DNA of 64,000 nucleotides from Phycisphaerae bacterium (GTDB taxonomy: Bacteria; Planctomycetota; Phycisphaerae; WQYP01). Both the position numbers and the translations under genes were made by a program. The DNA is taken from NCBI GenBank assembly GCA_049977145.1, contig JBMFGW010000005.1, forward strand, positions 39 through 64,038, read 5' to 3'. The notes beneath the pieces are model-generated. The model was not told where the DNA came from, made no database searches, and saw only the letters and a list, made by a program, of their open reading frames with translations. Positions 29,970 through 39,073 of the stretch are shown here, in pieces; position 1 is the stretch's first letter, and every line of letters starts with the position of its first letter.

Positions 29970-31127
29970 TTGAAAATTGTGCATGTTATCACCCGGTTGA
30001 TTGTTGGCGGCGCGCAGGAAAATACCATTCTGACCTGCGAGGGAATGCATCACCGCGGACATGATGTCACGCTCATTACCGGCCCAAGCCTCGGCCCGGA
30101 GGGTTCCTTAATGCCGCGGGCCGCATCCGGCGGTTACCGCGTGATTGTGGAACCCAACCTGGTGCGTAATCCGCATCCCTGGCGGGATGCCCGAGCCTAC
30201 CGGCGGCTCCGGCGACTTTTTGCAGAACTGCAACCAGCGGTAGTCCACACCCACTCCAGCAAAGCCGGCATTATCGGTCGGGCGGCGGCGTGGCAATCCA
30301 AAGTTCCTCTGATTGTCCATACTGTTCATGGCCTACCCTTTCACCCCTACCAATCGCAAATGACGAACGCCGCATGGATTTCTCTGGAGCGTTTTGCCGC
30401 CCGCCGTTGTCATAAAATTGTCTGCGTTGCCGAGGCCATGAAGCGTCAAGCACTGGCCTGCGGCGTAGGACAACCGGAACAGTTTATTACCATATACAGC
30501 GGCATGGAAATTCAACCATTTCTGCATCCTCTCACTAATCAGACCACGGCACGCAAAAAACTTGGCATTGCCTTTGATCGCATTGTGCTGGGCACTATCG
30601 CCCGGTTGCAGCCGCTCAAGGGGCACGACGATATTCTGGCGTTGGCGGAAACGCTGATCCGAGCGGAACCGCGTCTTACCTTTCTGTGGATAGGTGACGG
30701 CATATTTCGCAATCGGTTGGCCGCACAAATTGACAAGGCCGGTTGGAGGGATCACTTTATTTTAACGGGACTGGTGGCTCCCGAACAAATCCCCAACCTG
30801 ATACCCGCCATGGATATTATGGTGCACCCCAGCTATCGCGAAGGCCTTCCGCGTTCGGTGGTGCAGGGAATGTTGGAACAGGTTCCGGCCATCGTATACA
30901 ACTGTGATGGAGCTGGTGAAGTATGCATCGCGAATGAAACAGGTGTACTTGTAGAGACCGGCGATCGACCAGCCTTGCAGGCGGCGATCTTGCAACTGGC
31001 GCAGAATTCAGGTCTTCGCGATAAGTTGGGAGCCAAGGCACAAAGGCTTGCTCAAGAAAGATTTGATGCGGATATTATGGTCAGTCAACTGCTGCAGTTG
31101 TATGATCAAGCGTCAAGGAGCGCATAA
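29970..31127 (+). CDS. Glycosyltransferase family 4 (GT-B, RfaG-like)
   Basis: MKIVHVITRLIVGGAQ N-terminus, and an EGLPRSVVQGM (E-x7-E region) C-terminal motif. Confidence 0.8.
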   Translation: MKIVHVITRLIVGGAQENTILTCEGMHHRGHDVTLITGPSLGPEGSLMPRAASGGYRVIVEPNLVRNPHPWRDARAYRRLRRLFAELQPAVVHTHSSKAGIIGRAAAWQSKVPLIVHTVHGLPFHPYQSQMTNAAWISLERFAARRCHKIVCVAEAMKRQALACGVGQPEQFITIYSGMEIQPFLHPLTNQTTARKKLGIAFDRIVLGTIARLQPLKGHDDILALAETLIRAEPRLTFLWIGDGIFRNRLAAQIDKAGWRDHFILTGLVAPEQIPNLIPAMDIMVHPSYREGLPRSVVQGMLEQVPAIVYNCDGAGEVCIANETGVLVETGDRPALQAAILQLAQNSGLRDKLGAKAQRLAQERFDADIMVSQLLQLYDQASRSA

Positions 31128-33460
31128 TGATCTATAAGGCAATGGTGAAACTTAGATTCATTGGCACTTCCGCGAAGATGGACGCGGCAATGTTTGCGGG
31201 CCGTGCGCCGACAAGGTGGCTATATGGCCACCGGTTGCGCCGGTGGTGCAGTATGCAATGGGTGCACAACGCTGCAACCCGCGCTGGTAGTGATAAGTCC
31301 TGGTCACCTGGAGAAAGTCGGACCCGCACCGCCCGCGCCGTCATCCACCGGCTCGGCGGCGTGGTACTTCGCGCGACTGCGGCAATATTACCGCTGACCG
31401 CATGGACAAGTTCCACAATCTCGGCGCCCAACACGGTCGCGGTATTGTCCCAGCCCATCAGTCCTATAAAATTTCAAGTTGACAAACTAGACAATCAAAT
31501 TGGTGATCTTTTGCTGGCGCTGCCTTTGGAATCTCGGAACGTTATTTCCGCCGAAGAAATGGAAGAAACCTATCGCCTTATTATTCGGCATCTATATCAA
31601 TCCGCACAGCGTGCTGCTAACCCAACTCTGCGCTCGCGAATTTTGCTTAAAGCGGATCAGTTGGATGCGGGGTTGTCTGATTTCGACCAATGGATCACCG
31701 CCCTGCTATCCCGATCCAACGTCAAGAATGTCGTGGTGCAACAAGCCTGTCGCAAGTTTTACCAAGCCAGCTCCCAAGTCAACGATCCAATCACGTCAAT
31801 TTCTAATCTCAACGGTTATCTGCACAAGATACTCAAACCGTTAGCGCCGTTGGCGCAGTTGGAACTCGACAAGTCGTCTCCGTTGGTCGTCTGGCCAGTC
31901 GTCCCCCCCCACCGGAAACAGCGGACTATCTCCCCCCCCACCAGTGCCGTACCTGATATCAACAGTGAAATTTCCGCGCTGCAGCAGGCCAACATCCTGC
32001 CGCAAATGCGGCAGATATTCCGCCTCATACTGCAACAACTTCAGAAAGGCCTGAACCATCCCGCCACGCGCCGCCAAAGCGCGACCTATTATCTGGTGAT
32101 TCTCCAATGTGTGAATCTCGCCGAGCATTTGCAGCTTAGTACGGTACTTCCACAGGCCGCCAGAGATGAATTTAATCACCGTCTCATGCTGGGGCTGCTA
32201 TTTTTCAAGGATCCGCGCACCCGGGCCGCGGCGGCTCGCAAACTGCGATTTATCGCCATGATTGTTCACTCCATGGAACTTTTAAAAGCAGCTCCATTAC
32301 CTGTCAGGATGCAACAGATTATGACACTACGTATGCATAATACCGTTGCAAAACTCCAAAGGTCCGACAATGGCGAAAAATATGCACAGCAACTGCGGGA
32401 TATCGATGCGCTCTTGACGCAACAGCTATCTTTTATGAATCTCATTGCCCGTCCCCACGTGGATTATCTCAACATCGCCTGGCAGCGGATACGCCAGGAT
32501 GAGAGAAACGATTTTCAACAAACTGTATTGATTCTCAAGCATGGCTTTGATTACAACGCCATTCACACTTACCTTACCCGCGTCGCGGAACTCACGGTAA
32601 GCCTTAACCGGCTTTTAGCCATGCCTGGCGCGGCGGAACAGGCGCTACTGTATCATCCCGAACCCGCTGGCGGCGTCCAGCGCAACCTGGCACGCTGGGT
32701 ACGGCATATTGGGCTGCATCCGTATCAGACCGGTCATGCCGTCAAGAGTTTTGATCGCTTCAATAAGGTACTTTCGCTCTTGGCCGCGACCCATCGGGAA
32801 ATGCTGGCGCACGGTCCCGAGAAAACACTCACACGACTTTCCGGTGGACGCTATGATCTTTTTGTCGCGCAGTTTCTGCAAACCCAACGTCATTTGGTTA
32901 ACGCACTGGCGCACAGTCGCCTGGCACCCAACAAACTTATTACGCTCCTTAACCAGCAACGTCTGATTTTTAAAACCAGCTCACAACTGGCCTATCTGAT
33001 GCAAAAAGAAGCTCCTTTGCGGCGGCTGAATCAATGGGCCGCGTGGCATACTCATAAGGGCGTATCCAGACTCATGCTGCAACAATTTGAAGCTACTCTC
33101 GCGGCAAAATTTCGCACCGCCACCACCGCTGTCCAAGTTACCTCCAACGCCCATCATCGCAAATCCGCTGTATGGTCGGACTTTCACAAGGTCGCACCAG
33201 CTATTGCCGTACTGGCTAATGCGTGTGAAAATCTGCTGCCGCAACTTCATGCCCCCCCCACCGCCTGGTCGACCGCTTGGCTGCAGGCGTATTCCTCCCC
33301 ACCGGGCAACGCGTTTTACCGCCATGACTTATCCACCTTCAGCCAGGCTTGTATGTTTTTTAATGATGCCGAATTTAATTTGATTCATGGCCAAGCTACG
33401 GCCGCTCCAAAATTGTTTAATCTTGGGCTGGCAAGTATAGCGCATCAGATCACTCCCTGA
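31127..33460 (+). CDS. Large alpha-helical hypothetical protein (777 aa), translationally coupled to the GT4 gene (TAATG)
   Basis: Long ORF with coding-like composition. No recognisable domain. Contains two C8 homopolymer tracts around 31904 and 31923. Confidence 0.5.
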   Translation: MIYKAMVKLRFIGTSAKMDAAMFAGRAPTRWLYGHRLRRWCSMQWVHNAATRAGSDKSWSPGESRTRTARAVIHRLGGVVLRATAAILPLTAWTSSTISAPNTVAVLSQPISPIKFQVDKLDNQIGDLLLALPLESRNVISAEEMEETYRLIIRHLYQSAQRAANPTLRSRILLKADQLDAGLSDFDQWITALLSRSNVKNVVVQQACRKFYQASSQVNDPITSISNLNGYLHKILKPLAPLAQLELDKSSPLVVWPVVPPHRKQRTISPPTSAVPDINSEISALQQANILPQMRQIFRLILQQLQKGLNHPATRRQSATYYLVILQCVNLAEHLQLSTVLPQAARDEFNHRLMLGLLFFKDPRTRAAAARKLRFIAMIVHSMELLKAAPLPVRMQQIMTLRMHNTVAKLQRSDNGEKYAQQLRDIDALLTQQLSFMNLIARPHVDYLNIAWQRIRQDERNDFQQTVLILKHGFDYNAIHTYLTRVAELTVSLNRLLAMPGAAEQALLYHPEPAGGVQRNLARWVRHIGLHPYQTGHAVKSFDRFNKVLSLLAATHREMLAHGPEKTLTRLSGGRYDLFVAQFLQTQRHLVNALAHSRLAPNKLITLLNQQRLIFKTSSQLAYLMQKEAPLRRLNQWAAWHTHKGVSRLMLQQFEATLAAKFRTATTAVQVTSNAHHRKSAVWSDFHKVAPAIAVLANACENLLPQLHAPPTAWSTAWLQAYSSPPGNAFYRHDLSTFSQACMFFNDAEFNLIHGQATAAPKLFNLGLASIAHQITP

Positions 33461-33650
33461 TATTATTGTTTTCTCACCCGCCGCATCCGCGTTGTGGTAC
33501 AACAGCAATGATAATAATGACTCCCATACTGAGACAAAATAGCGCTGCCACTTGGCAATTTTCATTTTTCCGCCATAATGATATGCAAGTTGCGATTGAA
33601 GTTTACTCGTTGCGTCGCTAAAGTGACGGCGTAAGAAGGAGTGCAGTCGA

Positions 33651-35081
33651 ATGACTCAGCAAATGAATGTTAAAAATACCCGCATTGAAAAAGATTCCAT
33701 GGGACCGCTGGAGGTACCAATGGACGCTTATTATGGCGTCCAGACTCTGCGTGCCATGCATAATTTTCCGATCTCCGGGCAACCTATGCCCGATACGTTT
33801 ATCCGCGCGCTGGCGCTGTTGAAAAAGGCGGCGGCGATCACAAATCGGCAATTAGGCCTGCTGGATGCAAAACGGGCCCAGTCCATTGCCGATGCGGCGG
33901 ATGAAATCGCCGCCGGAAAATTGGCGGATCAATTTCCCGTGGATATATATCAGACTGGTTCGGGAACCAGCACCAACATGAATGTCAATGAGGTGCTTGC
34001 CAGCCGGGCCAATGAAATTCTGGGCGGCCGGCGTGGTGACAAATCGCCAGTGCACCCCAACGATCATGTGAATATGGGCCAATCCAGCAATGACGCCATT
34101 CCCACCGCCCTGCATGTGGCGGCGCTGGTGGAAATCAAACAGATTCTGCGTCCCGGTCTGGAACAACTTGAAAATGCCCTCTTGCAACAGAAAACGGCCA
34201 CTTGGAATGTGATCAAAACCGGTCGCACCCATTTGCAGGACGCCACCCCTATCCGTATGGGACAGGAATTTTTAGGCTTTGCCGGCCAGATTGAGCGCGC
34301 CAGCCGCCGCTTACAAACTGCGGAAAACGAATTATCCGAAGTGGCGCTGGGCGGAACTGCCGTGGGAACCGGGATTAACGCCCACCCCAAATTCGCCGCC
34401 GAAGTATGCCATCTGCTCTCCGGATGGTTAGGTATTCATGTGCATGAAACCACGAATCATTTTCAGGCGCAGGCTACGCTGGACAGTCTGGCTTTTGCCT
34501 CGGGGGTAATGAAAAATATCGCCATCAGCCTTACCAAAATGGCCAATGACATTCGCTGGATGAGCTGCGGTCCGCGCGCGGGATTTGGCGAAATTGAAAT
34601 TCCGGCGGTGCAGCCGGGCAGCTCCATCATGCCAGGCAAGGTGAATCCCGTTATTGCGGAAAGTGTGGTGATGGTTTGCCAACGTGTTATCGGCAACGAT
34701 ACCACCGTGACCGCTGCCGCGACGAGCGGAAACTTTGAACTCATTGTCGCTATGCCGGTGGCGGGCGCGGGGCTGCTGGAATCCATCCGTCTGCTGGGCC
34801 GGGTCAGCGCCAACTTCGCGGCCCAATGCGTGCTGGGCATTAAGCCCACCAAGCGGGGGCCGGAACTCGTGGAAGCCGGACTGATGCTGGCCACAGCTTT
34901 GGCCCCGGTGATCGGCTATGAAGCGGCGGCGGCATTGGCCAAGGAAGCCGCCGCCAGTGGTAAAACCATTCGCGAGGTAGCCTCTGCCAAGACCAAATTA
35001 TCCGCAACACAACTGGCCCAACTGCTGGATCCAGCCACGATGGTAGACTCATCTGACCGTGTAGCACCGGTATCTGGTTGA
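33651..35081 (+). CDS. aspA: Aspartate ammonia-lyase / class II fumarase family lyase
   Basis: GSSIMPGKVNPV signature loop. The AYYGVQTLRA N-terminal motif favours AspA over FumC. Confidence 0.75.
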   Translation: MTQQMNVKNTRIEKDSMGPLEVPMDAYYGVQTLRAMHNFPISGQPMPDTFIRALALLKKAAAITNRQLGLLDAKRAQSIADAADEIAAGKLADQFPVDIYQTGSGTSTNMNVNEVLASRANEILGGRRGDKSPVHPNDHVNMGQSSNDAIPTALHVAALVEIKQILRPGLEQLENALLQQKTATWNVIKTGRTHLQDATPIRMGQEFLGFAGQIERASRRLQTAENELSEVALGGTAVGTGINAHPKFAAEVCHLLSGWLGIHVHETTNHFQAQATLDSLAFASGVMKNIAISLTKMANDIRWMSCGPRAGFGEIEIPAVQPGSSIMPGKVNPVIAESVVMVCQRVIGNDTTVTAAATSGNFELIVAMPVAGAGLLESIRLLGRVSANFAAQCVLGIKPTKRGPELVEAGLMLATALAPVIGYEAAAALAKEAAASGKTIREVASAKTKLSATQLAQLLDPATMVDSSDRVAPVSG

Positions 35082-35261
35082 TGTCACCGCCCAAGTTGCC
35101 TCTTTTTATCGGGATCTGCAAACTGCAACGTCAGTGAGCCGTCGCACTAGATCCACCACACTCCGTAGTCGCCGCGATTTGGAGTCCGGCGCGTTGGCAC
35201 CGTATACTTTATAATGTTATTTGGAAACTGTTTTCTCTATAAGAGATTGTGGTGTTTCGTC

Positions 35262-38200
35262 ATGGCTGATTTTCCCCGTGCCAGTCCCGCCAAATGGTGG
35301 AAGACCGCTTCCATCGGACGCGTGCATCGGTCGCCCCATGCCATGCATGTGGGGTGGGTTCGGCGGTGGCTTTCTATCGGCGCGCTGATACTCTTGGCGC
35401 TGCTGATCGGTACGGTGTGGTATTTGACCAATCCGAAACGCCTCAGCGTCATGTCCGGGCTTTTGCTTTCACATGTTCTCGGAGCCAATGTCACCGTACA
35501 CAACGCGGCGTTGTCTTGGACGGGCATGTTGCGGCTTACCGGCGTAAGGCTGCGAACCAACCCCGGTAAAGTACCGGCCACTACTTTATTTTCCGCCGAC
35601 CAGGTTCAAGTTCGCTTTAACTGGCTGGGACTTGTCAGTGGACGGCTTCATGCCTCGGAAATAACCGCCATTCGTCCCATGCTCAACTTGGTGGATGATC
35701 TGGACACGCGGCAATGGAATTATGAAGGCTTTGTACAATCCGGGAGTAAGGCCGCCGGGCGGTCAAAACTTATTCATCCGCCGACGCCCGTGAACCTCCA
35801 TCCACTTCGGCTTCCCGCTTTCAATCTCCGTAACGCCGTGGTGCGCTGGGGAGAAATTCGGCATGGCGTCTATCGCATGGTCGGCCAGAGCCTGATCAAC
35901 GTGGAATTAGGCCCCAGCCTAAAATCCCATTCCACCTACCAGTTGGATTTAGAGCAACAAACCGCGGCTGGGCGAAAAGGCCTCGTGCTTACCGGATTGT
36001 ACAATATCAGCACCCGCGAATTTTCCGCCCATGTTAACCGGCTGAAATTTACCGATGGTTTTCGCCGGGCGCTACCCGCTCAGGTACAGCAGTTTTGGCG
36101 TAAGCTGCATTTGCACGGTGGTGTGCGGAACGTTATTTTCCAAGTCAGTCCTGCCGGCGGTCTACATGTTCAGGCGCGGCTGCATGGCGTATCGATTCAA
36201 ACCACGGCTCCGAGTCGGCGGTTGGGCCCGCAAATTATTTCGCTGACCAACCTCAATGGACACGTCGCTATCAGCAATACCGGCTTTCAAATAAGCCGTT
36301 TACGCGGCACGATCATGGGCTGGAAGTTCGGTGTACCCAGCGCCCGATTTGACGGTTACCAATCCGGCGCACCCTTCAATTTAACAGTGGTTTTGCCCGC
36401 TCTCAATATTCCGTTGCCATATCCAAAAATTTTCGCCACCCGCGATTTTTCCGTGGCACAGGCCATTTTTTATCATCTGCGCCCCAGCGGCCTGATGAAC
36501 GTGACCGTTCACATTGAGCGTGCGCAGTTGCATGGCGTGCCTACCGTGCATGGCGTCATCGACTGTCGGAATATGCGGGCACGCTATGTTAATTTTCCGT
36601 ACCCCATGGAGCATGTTCACGGCTTGATTCGTTTTAGCGCCCATCATATTCAATTCTTCAATGTGCGAGCCATTGCCGAATCTTTCCCCGTTTCACTCAA
36701 TGGCCGCGTGGCGATCAACGAAAAGGACGGCCCCATCAACCTCACCATCAGCAGTTCTCATGTCGCCTATGATCGGCGGCTGGCCGCCTGCTTGCCGCTG
36801 GATATTCGCCCCATCTGGAATCGCTTTAACCCGGTGGGTTTTGGGGGGTTTGTCTGTCACGTCACACACGCCGCCGGTACCGGCGGCAACCCGCGTATTG
36901 TATTACATATTTTCCCGCGGGATGTTTCCGGAGCCTATCGGGATTTGCCTTTCCCCCTGCATCATGTGCATGGTTCACTGATCTTCACCGATCATGAAAC
37001 CAAAATAATCAAACTCGAAGCGCCGGTGGCCGCACATGGGCATATTATCTTCACCGGCAAGGTGACTTATTCGCCCACTGATCTTTCCAAGTTGCGGCCC
37101 ATGGTTCATCTGCAGGCCGTTGGCATCCCCATCAATCAAACCTTATTGGGAAGTTTGCCGGGATCCTGGGCGCACTGGATCAAGCTACTGCATGTGCAAA
37201 GAGGTTTCGCCGGTATCAATGCGCTGATCACCCGCGGTCAGGGTGGAAAGCCGGCGGTACACGGGGCGCTTACTGTTAACCATACCGTTATGACTCCGCC
37301 GCAGTTGCCATGGCCGCTGCATGATGTGACCGCGCTGGCAGACCTCCGTTCCGGCGGTTTGGTCCTTAAGAGTATGACCGCTCTGACTGGGGCCGATGGA
37401 AAAGGTATCCTTGCAGTCGCCGGCACTATTGTGGAGCCGAACACAGGACCGGTTCGCATCCGGGCGGCCGGGAGTTGGAAAAACATTCAAATTGCCGCAG
37501 CCGCACCTTCGCGCCTGCCGGCAGCTTTGGCAACGTTTTGGAATAATTGGAAATTGCGTGGTTGCAGCGATGGCAGTTTCACCTATTCCTTATCGGTGCG
37601 GCAAAACCGTCTGACCGGTGCAGTAAAACTGCGGCATCAGCAATATCAGGTGCAGCTGATGCCCCGGGGAATGCAGGTGGCTCCGGCATTTTTACCCGCG
37701 CCGCTTTCCGCCATTACCGGGGAGGTGAATATCACTCCGGGCATTATTGGCATGAAAAATCTCCAGGCGGATTCCGGTATGGCGCATCTGACGATATCCG
37801 GCGCTTATCAAACTACCGCCGAGGCGCTGCAGCTTTCACTTCAGGCCCATGGCTCGCGTTTGCCGCAGACTTGGATGTCCCTCATCCCCGGTTCCACCCG
37901 GTTGTTCATTAACGGGCTTAAACCCAGCGCCAGCTGGTTTTTGCAATTGCCCACATTGCAGCGCATTAAGGTGGGGAAAGCCTATCGCTGGCGCTTTACC
38001 GGTTCGCTGGTGCTCAATGATTTGGCGACCACCGGAGATATTAGGCTCCAGGCCAAACAAGCCATTATTACCATCGCCGGCGATTTGGCTCCCGGTACTT
38101 CCTTTCCCATGCTCGATGGGCAGTTTGGTGTAACGCAATTGAATTGGGATGGAAAAATCGCCGATCCACTCGCCGGCTACATCACGGCTGATTCCGCCAC

Positions 38201-38855
38201 GCACACCATCACCATCGACCAAATTAACGGAAAAGTGGCAGGCGGAAACTTGACGGGTACTATCCGCATCCATATCGGGAAACATGCCAGCTACGCCGTC
38301 GCATGTCAGTTGCATGGATCGCAGTTGGCTGGTCTACTTCGCAGATCGGCCGCCACGCCTGAGGCCAAGGGGATCCGCACCAGTACAGGAATTGTCGATG
38401 CGTCGCTGATACTGGATGCCACGTTGGGGAACCATCCTACCCGACAAGGCAGCGGGCAAATGGTCATTCATAAAGCCCGCATTTATGACGTGCCCATGGC
38501 CATGGGTTTAATGCAGATTGCCACCCTGCGTTTACCGATCAGTTCCAATTTCCACCATGCCAGCGTACGCTACACCATCCACAATAATGTGGTGCGCTTT
38601 AACCCCATTTCCCTGCGCAGTACGGGGATGAATCTGGTGGGTGAAGGCACGCTGAACCTCAAAACCACCGCTCTGAATCTGCGGTTGTTAACGCAATCAC
38701 CACAGGGCACACGGGTCCCGGTGTTGGGATGGTTATTTGGTCTGGCCAGATCGCAACTTCTGGAATTGCGCGTCTCCGGTGCGGTGGCGCATCCTACCAT
38801 CGCCCCGGTGCCATTGCGTTTTTTAGCGTGGCCGTTTATCGGTTTTGGTCCGTAG
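35262..38855 (+). CDS. Giant membrane-anchored hypothetical protein (about 1197 aa), possibly AsmA/TamB-like
   Basis: Single N-terminal TM helix (LSIGALILLALLIGTVWYL) followed by a long beta-rich region. No catalytic motifs. Confidence 0.45.
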   Translation: MADFPRASPAKWWKTASIGRVHRSPHAMHVGWVRRWLSIGALILLALLIGTVWYLTNPKRLSVMSGLLLSHVLGANVTVHNAALSWTGMLRLTGVRLRTNPGKVPATTLFSADQVQVRFNWLGLVSGRLHASEITAIRPMLNLVDDLDTRQWNYEGFVQSGSKAAGRSKLIHPPTPVNLHPLRLPAFNLRNAVVRWGEIRHGVYRMVGQSLINVELGPSLKSHSTYQLDLEQQTAAGRKGLVLTGLYNISTREFSAHVNRLKFTDGFRRALPAQVQQFWRKLHLHGGVRNVIFQVSPAGGLHVQARLHGVSIQTTAPSRRLGPQIISLTNLNGHVAISNTGFQISRLRGTIMGWKFGVPSARFDGYQSGAPFNLTVVLPALNIPLPYPKIFATRDFSVAQAIFYHLRPSGLMNVTVHIERAQLHGVPTVHGVIDCRNMRARYVNFPYPMEHVHGLIRFSAHHIQFFNVRAIAESFPVSLNGRVAINEKDGPINLTISSSHVAYDRRLAACLPLDIRPIWNRFNPVGFGGFVCHVTHAAGTGGNPRIVLHIFPRDVSGAYRDLPFPLHHVHGSLIFTDHETKIIKLEAPVAAHGHIIFTGKVTYSPTDLSKLRPMVHLQAVGIPINQTLLGSLPGSWAHWIKLLHVQRGFAGINALITRGQGGKPAVHGALTVNHTVMTPPQLPWPLHDVTALADLRSGGLVLKSMTALTGADGKGILAVAGTIVEPNTGPVRIRAAGSWKNIQIAAAAPSRLPAALATFWNNWKLRGCSDGSFTYSLSVRQNRLTGAVKLRHQQYQVQLMPRGMQVAPAFLPAPLSAITGEVNITPGIIGMKNLQADSGMAHLTISGAYQTTAEALQLSLQAHGSRLPQTWMSLIPGSTRLFINGLKPSASWFLQLPTLQRIKVGKAYRWRFTGSLVLNDLATTGDIRLQAKQAIITIAGDLAPGTSFPMLDGQFGVTQLNWDGKIADPLAGYITADSATHTITIDQINGKVAGGNLTGTIRIHIGKHASYAVACQLHGSQLAGLLRRSAATPEAKGIRTSTGIVDASLILDATLGNHPTRQGSGQMVIHKARIYDVPMAMGLMQIATLRLPISSNFHHASVRYTIHNNVVRFNPISLRSTGMNLVGEGTLNLKTTALNLRLLTQSPQGTRVPVLGWLFGLARSQLLELRVSGAVAHPTIAPVPLRFLAWPFIGFGP

Positions 38856-38905
38856 ACGGACGCGGATCATGCGAATGGTTATAATAAGCAGCGACGTATG
38901 GCAGC

Positions 38906-38979
38906 GCGCTCGTAGCTCAGTTGGATAGAGCGGCGGTTTCCTAAACCGCAGGTCGCAGGTTCGATCCCTGTCGGGCGCA
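38906..38979 (+). tRNA. tRNA-Arg (anticodon CCT)
   Basis: Cloverleaf built by hand. Acceptor GCGCTCG/CGGGCGC with one U-G pair, then U8A9, then a GCTC/GAGC D-stem. Anticodon stem GCGGT/ACCGC with loop TTCCTAA. T-arm GCAGG-TTCGATC-CCTGT. Discriminator A, no encoded CCA. Confidence 0.85.
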
Positions 38980-39073
38980 ATATTTTCTTTTGGTTACGGG
39001 TTATGAAACTTACCAAGACGATGGCAGTGAGTGGCTTCCGACGGTAATATCACAATTTTGGAGGGACGTTTAC

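Noticed and set aside
10195-31930. G8 (trpE, 10199-10206), G9 (ClC, 26044-26052) and two C8 (31904-31930) homopolymer tracts as phase-variation switches
   Set aside because: At about 29% G and 29% C, roughly six runs of 8 or more are expected by chance in 64 kb. Tracts in essential genes (trpE, ClC) are unlikely to be contingency loci. Only the paired C8 tracts are mentioned, as a low-weight note.
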